Assembly: GCA_011109175.1 (NCBI GenBank)
Contig: RDEW01000014.1
Location: 930,001-994,000, forward strand
DNA: 64,000 nucleotides
Source: Dicyema japonicum
Lineage: Eukaryota; Animalia; Dicyemida
Direction of reading: 5' to 3'
The notes under the pieces were generated by a model, which saw only the letters and a program-made list of their open reading frames with translations, had not been told where the DNA came from and searched no databases. Positions 1 to 12,407 of the stretch are shown in pieces; position 1 is the first letter of the stretch, and every line of letters begins with the position of its first letter. Made by a program: the position numbers and the translations under genes.

Positions 1-7
1 ATTTTAG

Positions 8-111
8 CTGCTGGATTGCATGAGATTTGCAAAGTTAAGAAAAAAGATACTCGGCTCTTCTTGGATGGAATTTACATTACCAATAAGACGACGATTGTCC
101 CCGTCAATTAA
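8..111 (+). CDS. RPL9: 60S ribosomal protein L9 (uL6), last exon only
   Basis: After acceptor ttttag it reads (A)AGLHEICKVKKKDTRLFLDGIYITNKTTIVPVN*, matching the uL6 C-terminal motif VKNKDIRKFLDGIY. Confidence 0.85.
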
Positions 112-429
112 TTTGGTTGTTTTTGATTCGCTTTCAATTATATTTCGTTTTGGTGGTTATCTGTGGTAGCTTAATTGTGTGAGTAATAAGGAATACATTA
201 ATGTCAGCCTCATTCAACATTACTAAAGAGTCATTTTGATGTTATTTCTTTTTCGATGATCCCTGGGTTTTATATATGAATTTACCAGAGCAACGATGTA
301 AAAGCTCGTTCGTGTTGCCCTGACTAGGTTGGGTTTCGCTTGAGCTACACGCTATAGTATCCTTTTTAATAGACGTCCCCGAGGGCTCTCTACATTGAAT
401 GCGACCGTCTCATAGGTTGTCTGTACATT

Positions 430-3390
430 CCAATTTTTTTATAATTAACTTTTGTGTTTCTGTTGAAGATATCTTAAATTATTCTTTTCTGCAAATTACT
501 TTTAAATCAGAAATATTCGTTGGATTTCGTATTCAATATTTGTCTTCAATTTTTCTGTATATTTTCTATAAGATTAAGGTCCGGGATTAACTTGGCCATT
601 TAAGGGTATATATTGTGATCTTCAATCCATTTTCTGTTCATTTTGAAGTATGTTTTAGTCAGCTTGTTGAAATAACAATTTATGTGTTTAAATTCAGTTC
701 TAACGGATTTGAGCAAACGTTCTTCTAATATGTGACAATATTGGAAAAATTCATTATCCTATCAATAAAATATAGTTCTATTCCTGAAGAACAGAAATAC
801 CCCCAAATCATGATACTTCCTCCCTCACACAGTTTGTATATTATAGTTTCTGTAATTGGTTTTCTCCAAAATGAAGACATAATTTTCCCGAACAATTCTA
901 TTTTTGTTTCATCTGACCAAAGAATTAGCTTAATAAAATCATTTTCTTTCTTAATTAAAAAAATCGCAAATTTTAATTTATCTTTTTTATGATTCGTGTA
1001 AGAAGAGAATTTTTTGAGGTCTTTATTATTTTAGTCCTTCTTTTGCTGTTGCTGTTTGCAGAGATTCAATTGTGCCTAAAATTTTAAAAATCTTAGTATA
1101 ATACATTTCTTGTTTTCCGACGCTGCTTGGTAACTTTTTGAACGAGTAAAAATCGAGGACGTCTTGTAAGGCGAAAAACTCAGAAAAGAGTATGGCGAAA
1201 AACTCAGAAAGGAATTAAGCAAGATGAATACAAACAATAGTGCACAGGATTTGTGGAATGACGTTGGAGTTGCAATGAAGAATACCGCGTCGTTGGTTTT
1301 GGGGACTAATCACAAAACAAATTCAAATATAACAACGAAGAAATATCATACTTATCTTCAGAACAAAAAATTTGAGGATTAGAATTAATAATTCAAATAC
1401 CGAGTCTAAAAAAAGCTAAGGATAGTTCGTAACTCAATTTTAACAAAAATCAAAAAACTTCAAAAATATCAAGTAAAAAAGGAGTGGAAACAGTCGATGA
1501 AATCAAGAAATATAAGAACGGATCCAAAATGTTCAAAGCCATTCGGATTATTAGCAAAAAGAAACGACCAGGGAATATTGTTATTCACGACCAACATGGA
1601 CGATCAGTATTGAATGTTATTGAAAAGGCGAACATAGTCTCTTCACACTACTATGACATCTTTAACAATCAAGAAATTGAAAACAAATCTCCAATAACAT
1701 CAACGGCTCCTCTTAACTGCCCATTATTTTCGCGGAAACTATCAAGGCTATAGGAAAACTAAACTACAGGAAAGCGGCTGGTCCTAATAATATACCTGCA
1801 GAGTTAATAAAATGTGGACCCACTGAATTGGGTGAAATAATCACCATCATACTCAATAAAGCATTTGAAGACAAAAACGATCTTGGAATTGGGAGAGGAT
1901 GGCTAATTCCAATACCAAAACCTGGAAAACCTAGAGGTCCATCAAACAGTCTAAGACCAATAATTCTATTATCGGTCTTACGGAAAACCCTCTCTATCAT
2001 TGTATTAAATCGAATCAAAGGAAAGTCGACAAATTCTTATCGCCTGAACAAAGCAGTTTCAGAAAAAAAGATCAACCGCCGACATAGTATGGACGCACAG
2101 ATGGTCTTGCGCTATATGTCAGAAATACAAAAAATGCATAGAAGTTCTGGGGATCGACATGAGTCGTGCATTCGAGTCTATTTACAGGAGACTACTTATT
2201 AACATTCTGAATACATTTTAGACACGGATGATGTTAGAATTATTTCCTTGCTCCTAGAAGATAATCACCTGGCTGTCAAAATCGGAAATAACGCTTCCAA
2301 TTTTTTTTAAAACCACTCGGAGAGTTCCACAAGGGGATTCGTTGTCTCCTATTCTATTTATTATTTATCTTGAGGCTGCACTGAAAGATTTCAGATTATC
2401 CATTAAAGGAAAATATTATGAGTTGACTTACGCAGACGATCTGGACTTTGTATCGGATGATTCTGAATTTCTCAAGTACACAAACGAATATCTTCCTAAC
2501 ATTTTCCAAAAATGGTTCTTGAAGATAAACACTGACAAAACGGAATTTACATCATTCAGCCGTGCAGAGAGGATATCCGACGAGACGTGGAGAAGACATA
2601 AGAAGGTCGGATCGCTCTTGGGGGACGAGGAAGATGTAGCTCGACGGAAAATCCTTGCATCTGGTGCTTTCAGAAGCCTATCTAAAATATGGAGTTCGGG
2701 AAGAAGACTTTGTTGAAAAATAAAGCTTATGATATACAAATACTTTGTTGTGCCCATCCTAATATATAACTGTGGGACATGGGGTTTGTCTAAACGGGCA
2801 ATGGAGTCTATTGACAGTTTCGACCGCAGTATGCTTCGGAAGGCACTTAATATTCACTACAAAATGAAGATCAAAAACGAACAATTATATAAGTTGAGCA
2901 AAACAGAACCATTATCCATGGAAATCAGAAGATCGAGATGGAGACTGTTCGGTCACATTCTGAGGATGGACCTGGATGTCCCGGCAAATCACGTAATAGA
3001 TGAATATTTCATGGAAAAAACAAAATCATTCCGAGGAAGGCCTAGAACAACCTTACCTATCACGTTAAATGAGGACCTAAAAGCCATAGGCAGAAAGTTG
3101 AAAACAATGGATGACCTTGATGAACTAAGAGATCTTGCGAAACGGAGAGGCCTTTGGATGCGATTGGTGCAAAGGGTGGCCGGCGCGGCACAAGGGAACC
3201 TTAATTGACTTTTGTTTTTTTATGTGTTCTCGGCAGTGCTGATAATAAATAATAATACGTCTTGTAAGCTGATTTGAATATTACAAGTTTTCTAAAGCTT
3301 CTATATCCTTTACTATCTTGGTGTTCCTCCAACCTTTTTCACCTTTCTTAAGTTCTCTTTCAATTGTTACACCTATCATACGGGGGTAAA
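430..3390 (-). mobile_element. Degraded Tc1-like DNA transposon interrupted by an RTE LINE (ends approximate)
   Basis: Minus-strand remnants of Tc1 motifs (FSDE, GGSIMIWGYF, WPS..PDLNLIEN). The sequence resumes after the RTE TSD at 3268. Confidence 0.7.
1171..3256 (+). mobile_element. 5'-truncated RTE-clade LINE with frameshifted RT and (AAT)n tail
   Basis: RT motifs KAAGP, LRPIILL, QGDSLSP, YADD and LFGHILRM. 12-bp TSD acgtcttgtaag at 1159-1170 and 3257-3268. Near-identical to the copy at 27796-35642. Confidence 0.95.
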
Positions 3391-3666
3391 TAAATATCCT
3401 GGATATAGGCTTGTGGTAGACTCTGACATTAAATTGTAACATTGCTTATAGAAATGGTTCAAGAACATCCATAAAAAGGATCTTAAAAAAATATTTATTA
3501 AAAGATGGCACTCTCTCAACCTTACTGAGACTTAAATCCAAATAAATATATTTTTCCTTACTTCGTCATGGTTTTCGATTAGTCAGTAATGGATTTTTCA
3601 AAATAACTTACATAATATCTAACCCCCGATGATAAGATGACTCCGTAATTTATCTTTTAACTACAC

Positions 3667-4575
3667 CAGGGGTCGGTTAAAGCTTGCTCGCGAGCCTTTG
3701 TGGCTCTTTAAGTCTAAAAGTACGACATTTTCAATCTGGATGGACTGAATCTTTTTGCATTCACTTTTAATTCAAAGCAACTACCAAAATGCCTCATTTG
3801 TCAGGAAACTCTGAACCAAAATAAAATATCAAATTTTGAAAGGCATTTTAAAAACAAAACGTGCGAATTTTGCAAAAAATATCCAATTGGCGACTCACGA
3901 AAGAAAGCTGTGGAAGAACTTGCTAAAAATATTCAGATTGAGAGTTTAGTTTTAAATATCGGCAACAGTCTGCCAAGAGTGCAGATATTGCCAGTTTTTT
4001 GATAAGTCATGTGATCGCAAAAAGGAGAAACCAATTTACTGATGGGGAATTTATAAATGCATGTTTCATTAAAACATCTGAAGAGCTGTTTCAAGATTTT
4101 TTAAATAAAACAGAAATTGTGGATAAAATAATGAATATATCTTTATCTGCAAAAATAGTAGCAGACATGACTTTTAAAATGTCTTCGAATGTATCTATTC
4201 AACAAGTTACTGACATGAAATTGGCTAATTCGATTTAGATGGCAATAGATGAATCATGTGATATAAATGACATTGCACAAGTATCATTGTTCATGTTATA
4301 CTTAGGTGTCTCTGTTTATTCGTTATGTGTCTCGAGGCTTCCTTAGACAAGAACTTGTGGCATTATTGCCTCTAAAAGGTCAAACTCGTGTAAAGATCTT
4401 GTTGCATAGTCGTAGAATATCTTGAAACGAATTTTATTCCTCTTAATAAAATCGTATCAATTTCAACTGACGGTGCTGCAAGCATGTTAGGATCGAGAAA
4501 GGGATTATCAATTAAAAAGAAAGTTGACCATGAAGTGATTACGCTACATTGTATTATCCACCAAGAAGCACTACA
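3667..4575 (+). mobile_element. hAT (SPIN/GTF2IRD2-like) transposase, 5' part, degraded
   Basis: CAGGGGTCGG terminus; motifs CLIC (BED finger), IDESCDI, STDGAASM, HCIIHQEAL. Truncated by an RTE 3' fragment near 4580-4785. Confidence 0.85.
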
Positions 4576-4790
4576 GCAATATTGAGATAACTCCGAGGAA
4601 GGCCCAGGGCAACTCTTCTGTGTTAAATGAAGAGGTAAAAGGGATCGGCAGAAAACTAAGAGAATTTGCGAAAAAGAGGCGATGAATTAAGAGAATTTGC
4701 GAAAAAGAAGGGACCTTTGATGAGACTGGTACAAAGAGTGGCTGAAACGAAACAAGGGGACCTTAATTGACCTAGTGTTCTCAAAAGTCC

Positions 4791-4971
4791 AGCATCGGGA
4801 GAAGCTGAGAAAGCTCTTCAGAATTGTCGGGATCACCTAATTAATTTCAACGAGATTAACTATTGGTGTTTTTGAGGTTAAATAAAAAATTCAAAGACAA
4901 CTTTTGAACCAAAAAAAAACAAACTAAGTGATCCCGACAAATTTAATCGACTCTCAGCTTGGCTCGATGCT
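4791..4971. repeat. Imperfect inverted repeat (MITE-like), arms about 55 bp
   Basis: Left arm agcatcgggagaagctgaga...ttgtcgggatcaccta; reverse complement of right arm agcatcgagccaagctgaga...ttgtcgggatcactta. Confidence 0.55.
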
Positions 4972-4974
4972 CTT

Positions 4975-5305
4975 CTCTCGATCCTACACAAGCTCATTGG
5001 ATTTTCTCTTAATCACATTGAATCAGGCCTCCTCCGTTGCTTTTTCGGATTAGAATCTCCAAGGGTGTCGCCATCATGTTATTTTTGTCCTTCTTTGTCA
5101 ATCCAAAAGTCCGATTTTCTGAGCATTAGTCCAAAAGATCATGGCTCAGTGTATTATGAGTAAATCGTTTTTAGTATCATATATCACTTAGAGGATTTTT
5201 TGCCATTTCTAAAATGGCAATGTTTTCCCACTCGCTTCAATTTCAATTGACTTGTTCGACATTTTTTTGCCCGAGGTGAATAGAGATGTAACGGATTTCT
5301 CATGT
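4975..5305 (-). mobile_element. Possible Penelope-like RT relic
   Basis: Minus-strand VTSLFT and IEIE...TLP fragments resemble Penelope RT; heavily deleted. Confidence 0.3.
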
Positions 5306-6191
5306 CTGATTGTGAGTCGGTTTTGACTCAGCCACACAAGCAAACAGTTCACAAAACTCAGTACGATCGATCATATAACTTAGAACATTACTCATTATTA
5401 TTATTACAACCAAAACTTATAACTGAAATCATATTATTATTACCCAATATGTGCGAAGAGCACCTAAAAGCTATAAAAGCCATCTCTTAATGAGAACGGT
5501 GTGCTCAAGAAAATTACATTTTGAGTTAAAGTGACCACAAGGTAGTGATCGTTACTGGAACTCATTAGACCAGTGGTTCTCAACCTTTTTGGTCTGCGGG
5601 CCGAATCAATAATTAACAATTGGCTCGCGGGCCGCAAATTTTGTTGGACTCAATTTTGATGACGACGTACGTAAGAGTGGTATAAGATGTTCATCGGTTT
5701 ATTGGTTGCGAAATTTGGTTTTGATCCGTGTGAGTCTGCTGAACAGAGCTACACAAACATGCGTTGATCCAAATACAGACGCATTTTCACATGCATTCGT
5801 AACCAAATTTGGGTATTTTAAAATTGAAATTCTACTCCAAAATTCTAATCGTTGACTTTTCTTAAATAGTGCGGTGAACTCTATATCCGACTGCATTTCA
5901 ATGAGCTCCATTTGAAATTCGTCTGGAGCGGTTGCAAGATCTATTTCTATTTGAGTAGAAAATAATTTCATCATTGGCAAGGCATCCTCGAAATTATTAA
6001 AACGTCTTTCAAATTCTTTAATTAGATCCAAATAACTTGAGTATATTTAACACGTTTTTTCGGACATCACTAAGAATATTAATGAGTAGGTCAACAAGAA
6101 AAATTCAATTTTTAATTTTGTATTACTTGATGAGAAAATTTTATTGCCGAATAATCCAAGGAAAATCAATTGTAATTAATAAACACTAATA

Positions 6192-8162
6192 CGGAAACTC
6201 ACTTTTGTCTATGTGGGTGGATGTGAAGAAGGCTTACGATTCAGTTGATCATTCTTACCTTGTCGAGTGCCTACACAGTCTGTGTATGCCTGTGTGGTTC
6301 ATCAGCTTTGTAGTGGCTGTGATGAATAGGTGGAGTATTCATCTGAACTATAATAGGCACCGGATAGGCGAGGTAAAACTCAAGAGGGGGATCCTTCAGG
6401 GGGATAGCATGTTTCCGCTACTCTTTGTTCTCTGTTTGGAGCCATTGAGTCGCCGCCTCAATGACCGGTTTGAGCAAATGCCAGTTCATTGTGAAAAGGT
6501 TTGTTTCAGTACAAATCACCTTTTTTTATCGATGACCTGAAGATGTATGCTCGAACAGCCGAGGAGCTCTACTCCATGGGAATCTGTGCCAGGGAATTCT
6601 TTGAGAGTATAGGACTAGATTTGAATTATTCAAAGTCTGCGACTAACACGCAAGTATGTAGCGAGCTAGTAAGAGTCCTAGAGGAACACGAAGGATATAA
6701 GTATCTGGGTGTTACCGAATCTCCAAAGTCCCTTATAATGCCTGAGACAAAGCGACAAATTACTGAAGGCATCCGTAAAAGAGCAGCGTTATTGTGTAAG
6801 ACGTCTCTAAATGCAAGGAATTTGTTCCTAGCATTAAATGAGTATGCTGTCTCGCTGCTAAACTACTACATAGGTGTTGTGGAGTTTGAGCCCAAAGAGT
6901 ATGATGAGATGGATGTTATGATCCGTGGAGTACTCAGAGAGAACCATGTCCATGTGCTGGCAGCCAATAAGGAGAGACTATATTTACCCCGTGATAAATT
7001 CGGCCGTGGACTGTGTGGAGTAGTCCAACTAAGTGAGCGCATCCTAATGCGAATGCACGACACCCTGATAGCTGGGTCAAGTGTGTCTGCTAGGAAGCAC
7101 GCCATAATAACGACCGAGAAAACACGGGCAACCCACCTAGGCACTATCAGACCTTTTTTGTCTGCTAAGTATGGTGTTGATGATGGTGGGCTAGTAAATG
7201 TGAAGGCGTTGATCGAATTACAATATAATAATTTGATGGAAAAGATCAACTTAAAAAGCCTTCATAAGGTCCTCTTCAGAGCATTGGACAACCCACATGT
7301 CGACCTTAAGTCGTCGACAATATGGCTAAAATACGGTGACAACTCACCTCGATCGGAGGCGTTGTACACGTATATGCAAGACCGCAATATTTTTTGGGGT
7401 CGATCAACAAATACATGTCCCCACTGTAAGTCAAGGAGCATGTCGGTTGATCATTTAGCCACTCGATGTGGATCCATGCTCTGCCACGACTATGTGTGGA
7501 GGCACAACGAGGTAGTAAGGAGTCTTCATCTTCTACTATGCAATAAGTATGGTATTCGCCACACCAGAAAGTTGCGGACTCATAAGGTGCAATCTGTAGT
7601 AGAGAACACCAGGGTCCAAATTAAGGTAGACAGTGTTATCCGTACCTCGGTGCTAGTCAAGCACAATAAACCGGACATTGTGGTACACGATAAGGAGTCT
7701 GGCCAAGTCCTTATCATAGAGGTTGGCATCACGTCTCAAGACCGTTTGCAGACTGTGGAGGTGGAGAAAAAAAGGAAGTATGACTTTCTTGCAAACGAGA
7801 TGGGGCAGATGCTTGGTTGCAAGGTCCTCGTTATTCCTATAGTAATGACGTGGGAAGGAATTGCAACAAAGTACCACAAGGGTTATCTGAAGCAGTTGGG
7901 GGTAGATAGGAAGCTCCAGGCCTATCTACAGTCCACTGTGTTAAAGCGGACCCTAGAGAGCCTGACACTGAAGTATAGGAGACAGAGCCCTGAGATGCCA
8001 TATGGGCAGAGGGTTCAATTGGACAAGCGCTCTCGGAGTTGTTTCAGCAACCAGAATCGAACCTGCCTGAGGAGGCTGGCGAACAGGCAGGCGAGGAAGG
8101 TTGTTGATTAAATATATTAACTTTTTATTGTTTGTTAAATAAAGTGGGATTTAATATTGAAT
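6192..8162 (+). mobile_element. R4/Dong-like non-LTR retrotransposon (RT + CCHC + RLE), 5'-truncated, one frameshift near 6520
   Basis: DVKKAYDSV, GILQGDS, FIDDLK, YKYLG, CPHC..H...C, RHNEV, KPDIV..D, IEV and K..KY motifs. Candidate TSD aacactaata at 6182-6191 and 8163-8172. Confidence 0.92.
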
Positions 8163-8179
8163 AACACTAATATGCAAGG

Positions 8180-8603
8180 CTGAATTCTTCTCTTTGGTTT
8201 TGGCCCTTTATATCACCCTCACTGTTCCCCTCATATACCACTTGAGAAGCGAATCACTAGACAGGACAGCTGTTTCTCCTGGTTTCTCTTCGACGTCACC
8301 TCCGAGTTCAGAGCCTCTTGAGATAAGATGATTAGTCACTCTTGTAACCTCATCATCACAGTTATCAACTTTCAGCCCATTTCTATGCTCTCTAAAGTTT
8401 TTTTAATCGTCATTGATTGGATGTACGCCATTGTAGAGACATCCACGTTGACTCTTTCCATATATGATTTGTAGTACTTTGTTACTACTCCATCACATGT
8501 TAAAAAATCAGAAATATTGTTACCTCGGCCTTGTGAATTTGTGCTAGTTCTTCTGCCAGAAGGTCATATCTGTGGAGTTTTTCCACTTCAATTAATTTTC
8601 CAT
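8180..8603 (-). mobile_element. 3' fragment of a second R4/Dong-like family
   Basis: Minus strand IEVEKLHRYDLLAEELAQIHKAEVTIF parallels VEVEKKRKYDFLANEM in the neighbouring element. Confidence 0.7.
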
Positions 8604-8947
8604 AATGCAATTTTTTACAATTAAATTTTTTTCCCCTAAGTGGCAGCAGACCGCCGTTGAGAACCATTGCCTTAGACTGTCACACAGGCATTAGAATATG
8701 ATGCAACTTAAGAAAACCAAAACTAACAACTACACCTCTCAGGTCTTATAGCCTCCCACCTAGTATGATAGCTATGTCAGTTTCAACAAATCAGCCTATC
8801 CCAGAGGTATATAAACAGCAAAACACCCAGTCGCTTACAACCTAATATTAGTAAACCCAACAGTTCAATATTGACTGCAATAGTATGATCGGAACCCAAA
8901 TAATTTCCAAGCGTACAGTAAAAGCAAATGAGAGATAATATTAAAAG

Positions 8948-9851
8948 TCATTTTCTCTCTTCCATTTGTTGAGTAGGTGGCCTTAACATCTTTAATCGTT
9001 TATTTTTACTCTTAGACTTATCCTTCCATTCATGCCAACTATTAATCCTCAGAGGTCTGCTCATTTCATTATTTATCTTCCACTCATTCTCTCGTCTCAA
9101 AATCTCAATGTTTATTTTCTCTTTCTGAGCCTCTTTTGTCTTCTCCACAAGTGACTTAACCTCCTTTTCGTGCCTCAACCTCTCCAGGTCGGCAAATAGT
9201 TTGCACATTTGCTTGTGGACCGAAGTCTGGTACACCACTGGGTTGTCCTCTGGGATCATACTCCCTCCCAAACTGCTCCCTCTCCGCAGTTTCCGCCGTT
9301 TTTCATCAATCTCCAAATAAATACAACTGAAACCGCCTGGTTTACTATTCTCTTAGCCTCTTCCACCACCTCCTGGCATCGTCGATACCCCTCGTCGTTC
9401 TGAATCGTCTTATATGCCTTCTCCACCACTTCAAACGCCTTCTGGGCACGTTCTAAGTCGTTGGGGTTCTTGTCGGGGTGGACGAGCAAGGAAAGCTAAG
9501 ATTACAACAAAGGATACCATTCTAAAACGTTTTTTGAACTCGGACATGGTGGCCGTGTAGTTACACTGGAGGACGTCGTATGGATTTATGTTAAAGTAAG
9601 AAGATCCTGGCCTGCTGAGCCTGTCCAGCTGCTGTTTTTGAAGTCATTCCCAGGTTTTCCTTTACTCCTTGTTCGATCTAATGGATCAGAAGAGAGAACA
9701 CCTCACGGTAAAGAACTTTCAGTTCAGGGTCATCTTCAAATGGCTTTACTGGAGGAATAATCATGTCTGACTGGTCAGTTTTTTGTGGTATGCTTTCTGA
9801 TTCATTTGAGGGTTTTTCCTTATCCTTGTTATTATTATTTTGGTGCGACAT
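8948..9851 (-). CDS. DNAJC8: DnaJ homolog subfamily C member 8; 4 exons
   Basis: LDRLSRPGSSYFNINPYDVL, LSLLVHPDKNPNDLERAQKAFE, RINSWHEW and LRPP motifs. Introns 9678-9701 (24 nt), 9496-9517 (22 nt), 9311-9333 (23 nt). One extra base in the run at 9635-9639. Confidence 0.93.
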
Positions 9852-10491
9852 TATAATCGACGTTAAGTGGCTCACAACGAACCAAAATATGCAAATTTAA
9901 AAATATAATTAATAAATGTTTAAGTATAATTTTTTATACGTGATCAATTTATATCACGAATAAAATGCAAAAATAGATTTTAATAGTGTTCTTAAAAATG
10001 AAAAACAGGATAAACAGAAAACTGATTTCAGAGTTACAGGAAAACATCGATATTATCCCAACCAAGAGTAAATGTCAAAGTCTTTGCTTTGTGGATGTGC
10101 CGGATTTATTTTCGGAAGTAATTATAAAGCAAAGAATTAAGTAGGAAAGGACAAGAGGCCTTATCAGTTGAATAATGAGTATGAAAATAGTCTATATCTC
10201 CATGGTTTGATCTAAAGAAGGTAAGAATGTGGATTCTAAGGAAAAGAGTTGAATATGGGTTATCGGCTTTAGTCATTTTATGCATAAAAATATGATTGAT
10301 GTTTACAGTTTTTTATTATGATTTGTTTGAGGGCTAATAATATATGATACCTGATTCACACTGAATTTTTTTATCAAGTGGACATCCACTTGGATTCGGG
10401 AAGAAGAAAGATTTTTAAAAGGACAGCAAATAGTTTAATTTAATTTATTAACCCCGAAATTACGAGAAAGAGGATGAGTTGTCGTCTAAGT

Positions 10492-10790
10492 CAGGGGTTT
10501 CCGACGGGTGGTGTGAGGAAAAATTTAGGGTGCACTTCAAATAGAATTCCACAATTGTACATTGGAGGAGAATTGTAGTCCAGTGTGAAAATGTATCCTC
10601 GATTATCTTAAACGGATTTATATGAACTTATTCCATTTGCAATGACATAATTGTGTGAATCAAGATTCTGCTCTCTTTTGGCAATTAAAAATGAATACAG
10701 AAATCGCCTGAATCCAGAACATGACATTCGTATTGCTATTAGCAACAAAATCCAAAGATTCGACAATTCATTAAAAAAACAAAAAAACCA
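10492..10790 (+). mobile_element. hAT (Buster-type) remnant
   Basis: CAGGGGTTTCC start; IPFAMT.LCESRFCSLLAIKNEYRNRLNPEHDIRIAIS dimerisation domain. Confidence 0.65.
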
Positions 10791-11410
10791 TCCTGGACCA
10801 ATGTTATGGAGGGAATCAATAACGCTGTAAATAAACCTTGAAACTGGCCACACCAATCGCACAAATAAGTAGAAACATACAAACTTGCAGCAAATAATCT
10901 AGAAGGGATGCTACGCGAAATCAATAACATGAATGTTCTCTACAATACGGCATCATAGCAAGAGTAGTCATTCCAGCTATTCTCTAATGAAAATAAACCT
11001 CTCAGGACAAAATCACTCAGACAAAGTGAGGTCCGTAACACAAAATTGAGGAACAACCATGTTGCAAGACTCGATGGTATTGTACAGAATTGACATGCTC
11101 AATAAAAAATTCAAACTTAAGGACATGCTCAATACAAATTTTTCATACCACTTGTTTTATTTTCTATTCAAAAACCTAACAAGAAGGAGGCCAAAAATCT
11201 ACCTCCCAGTCATCTTACTGTCTAAATAATTGGTTTTCTCAAATCGAGTTCAAGAACGATTAAATCAAAACTTCTCTCCAAAAAAATACGGATTCAGAAT
11301 TTGAATATCAGCAGCGCCCGCAGTGGAGTAACGTATACAGACGATGCTGACTTCATATCTGACGGGAGATCAACATTGAAACGATTGCTCGATGAGATCC
11401 CGGAGACATT
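10790..11410 (+). mobile_element. Highly degraded RTE-like RT remnant
   Basis: YTDDADFISD motif near 11335 and other RT-like fragments. Confidence 0.5.
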
Positions 11411-12407
11411 ATGTAAACAAAAAAAAGAGAAGCTAACAAGCAGCACATCTGACTTTAAAATAATTGAATTCTGAGGACACACCCAAAACTTTATTCTAAT
11501 ATGGTGACAGTGACGACGTTTGCGACAAAAAGATTGTAGCAATATCACTAAACTCAGTGTAAAAATGCTAAATAAGCAAATACCCGGTATCCACTGGTTT
11601 CCGAAATCATCTGTACATCTCGTAAAACCTGTGCTTAATAACATCTCATTCATTGTTAAGATCAGTACCAGAAAGCTTTGGCCTCGTTTCACTCTTTCCG
11701 GGATCGATTAAATATATTTTCTCTCTTCCATTTGTTGAGTAGGTGCACGTGATCCTTCACTTGTATTGGAATGGTTTCAGGTTCAGTCAAGATATCCAAA
11801 GTGAGAAGAATCTGGGCAATCTTCATTTTTGGTAACATTAAATTAGCATAACATTAATTTTATTTCATTTACGTGCATTTTTAATTTAATATCCCACAAC
11901 TAATTACTTCAATGCATTCATTTTTATATGAAAAATGAAAAAAATACCAAATTAATATCATTCTTAAAAGCGCCAATAAATTTCGATGGGAATTGAAACA
12001 AAACGACAACGATCTCCTCTTTATGATTGTTGGTGGCATTGTCGGTATATTCTGAATGAGTTTAATTATTTATTTTAAAACCCCAAGACCACCAAGAAAG
12101 AAAGAATTAACTTGCTAAATTAAGTGATCTCAGCCTCCAACATCTCTCGAATTCTCTTCGAATGCTCCGCCAGTGAACCAATAGCGTGTCTGAAGTGTCT
12201 TTTTTTATTTCTACAGAGGAATTCTATCGGAGTGCACTTGTTTAATGCCGATCTGAATTCCTCCGCATGAACCACTTTCTCTCTGAATGGGTTTAATTAG
12301 AAGCTTTTATAAATTTAATTTTAATAAAAAAATATTATAAATTATTTTAATATTTTATATAATTAATTTTCAAATAATAAATTATACTGGTGATTCAAAT
12401 TAATATT

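Larger units (their letters stand above)
5571..8669 (-). mobile_element. hAT (SPIN-like) element, internally deleted, carrying two R4-like insertions
   Basis: TIRs CAGTGGTTCTCAAC and CAATGGTTCTCAAC. 8-bp TSD cattagac/ccttagac (7/8 match). Dimerisation-domain ORF 5699-6031 (EFERRF...FGSTHVC..LFS). Confidence 0.8.

Noticed and set aside
285-321. U5 snRNA (minus-strand loop GCTTTTAC)
   Set aside because: The loop lacks one conserved C and no Sm site follows.
2428-2757. Antisense ORFs over RT genes (also 1764-2018, 33138-33467, 33810-34133, 6866-7249)
   Set aside because: Shadow frames of TE coding strands. They recur only because the TE copies are near-identical.
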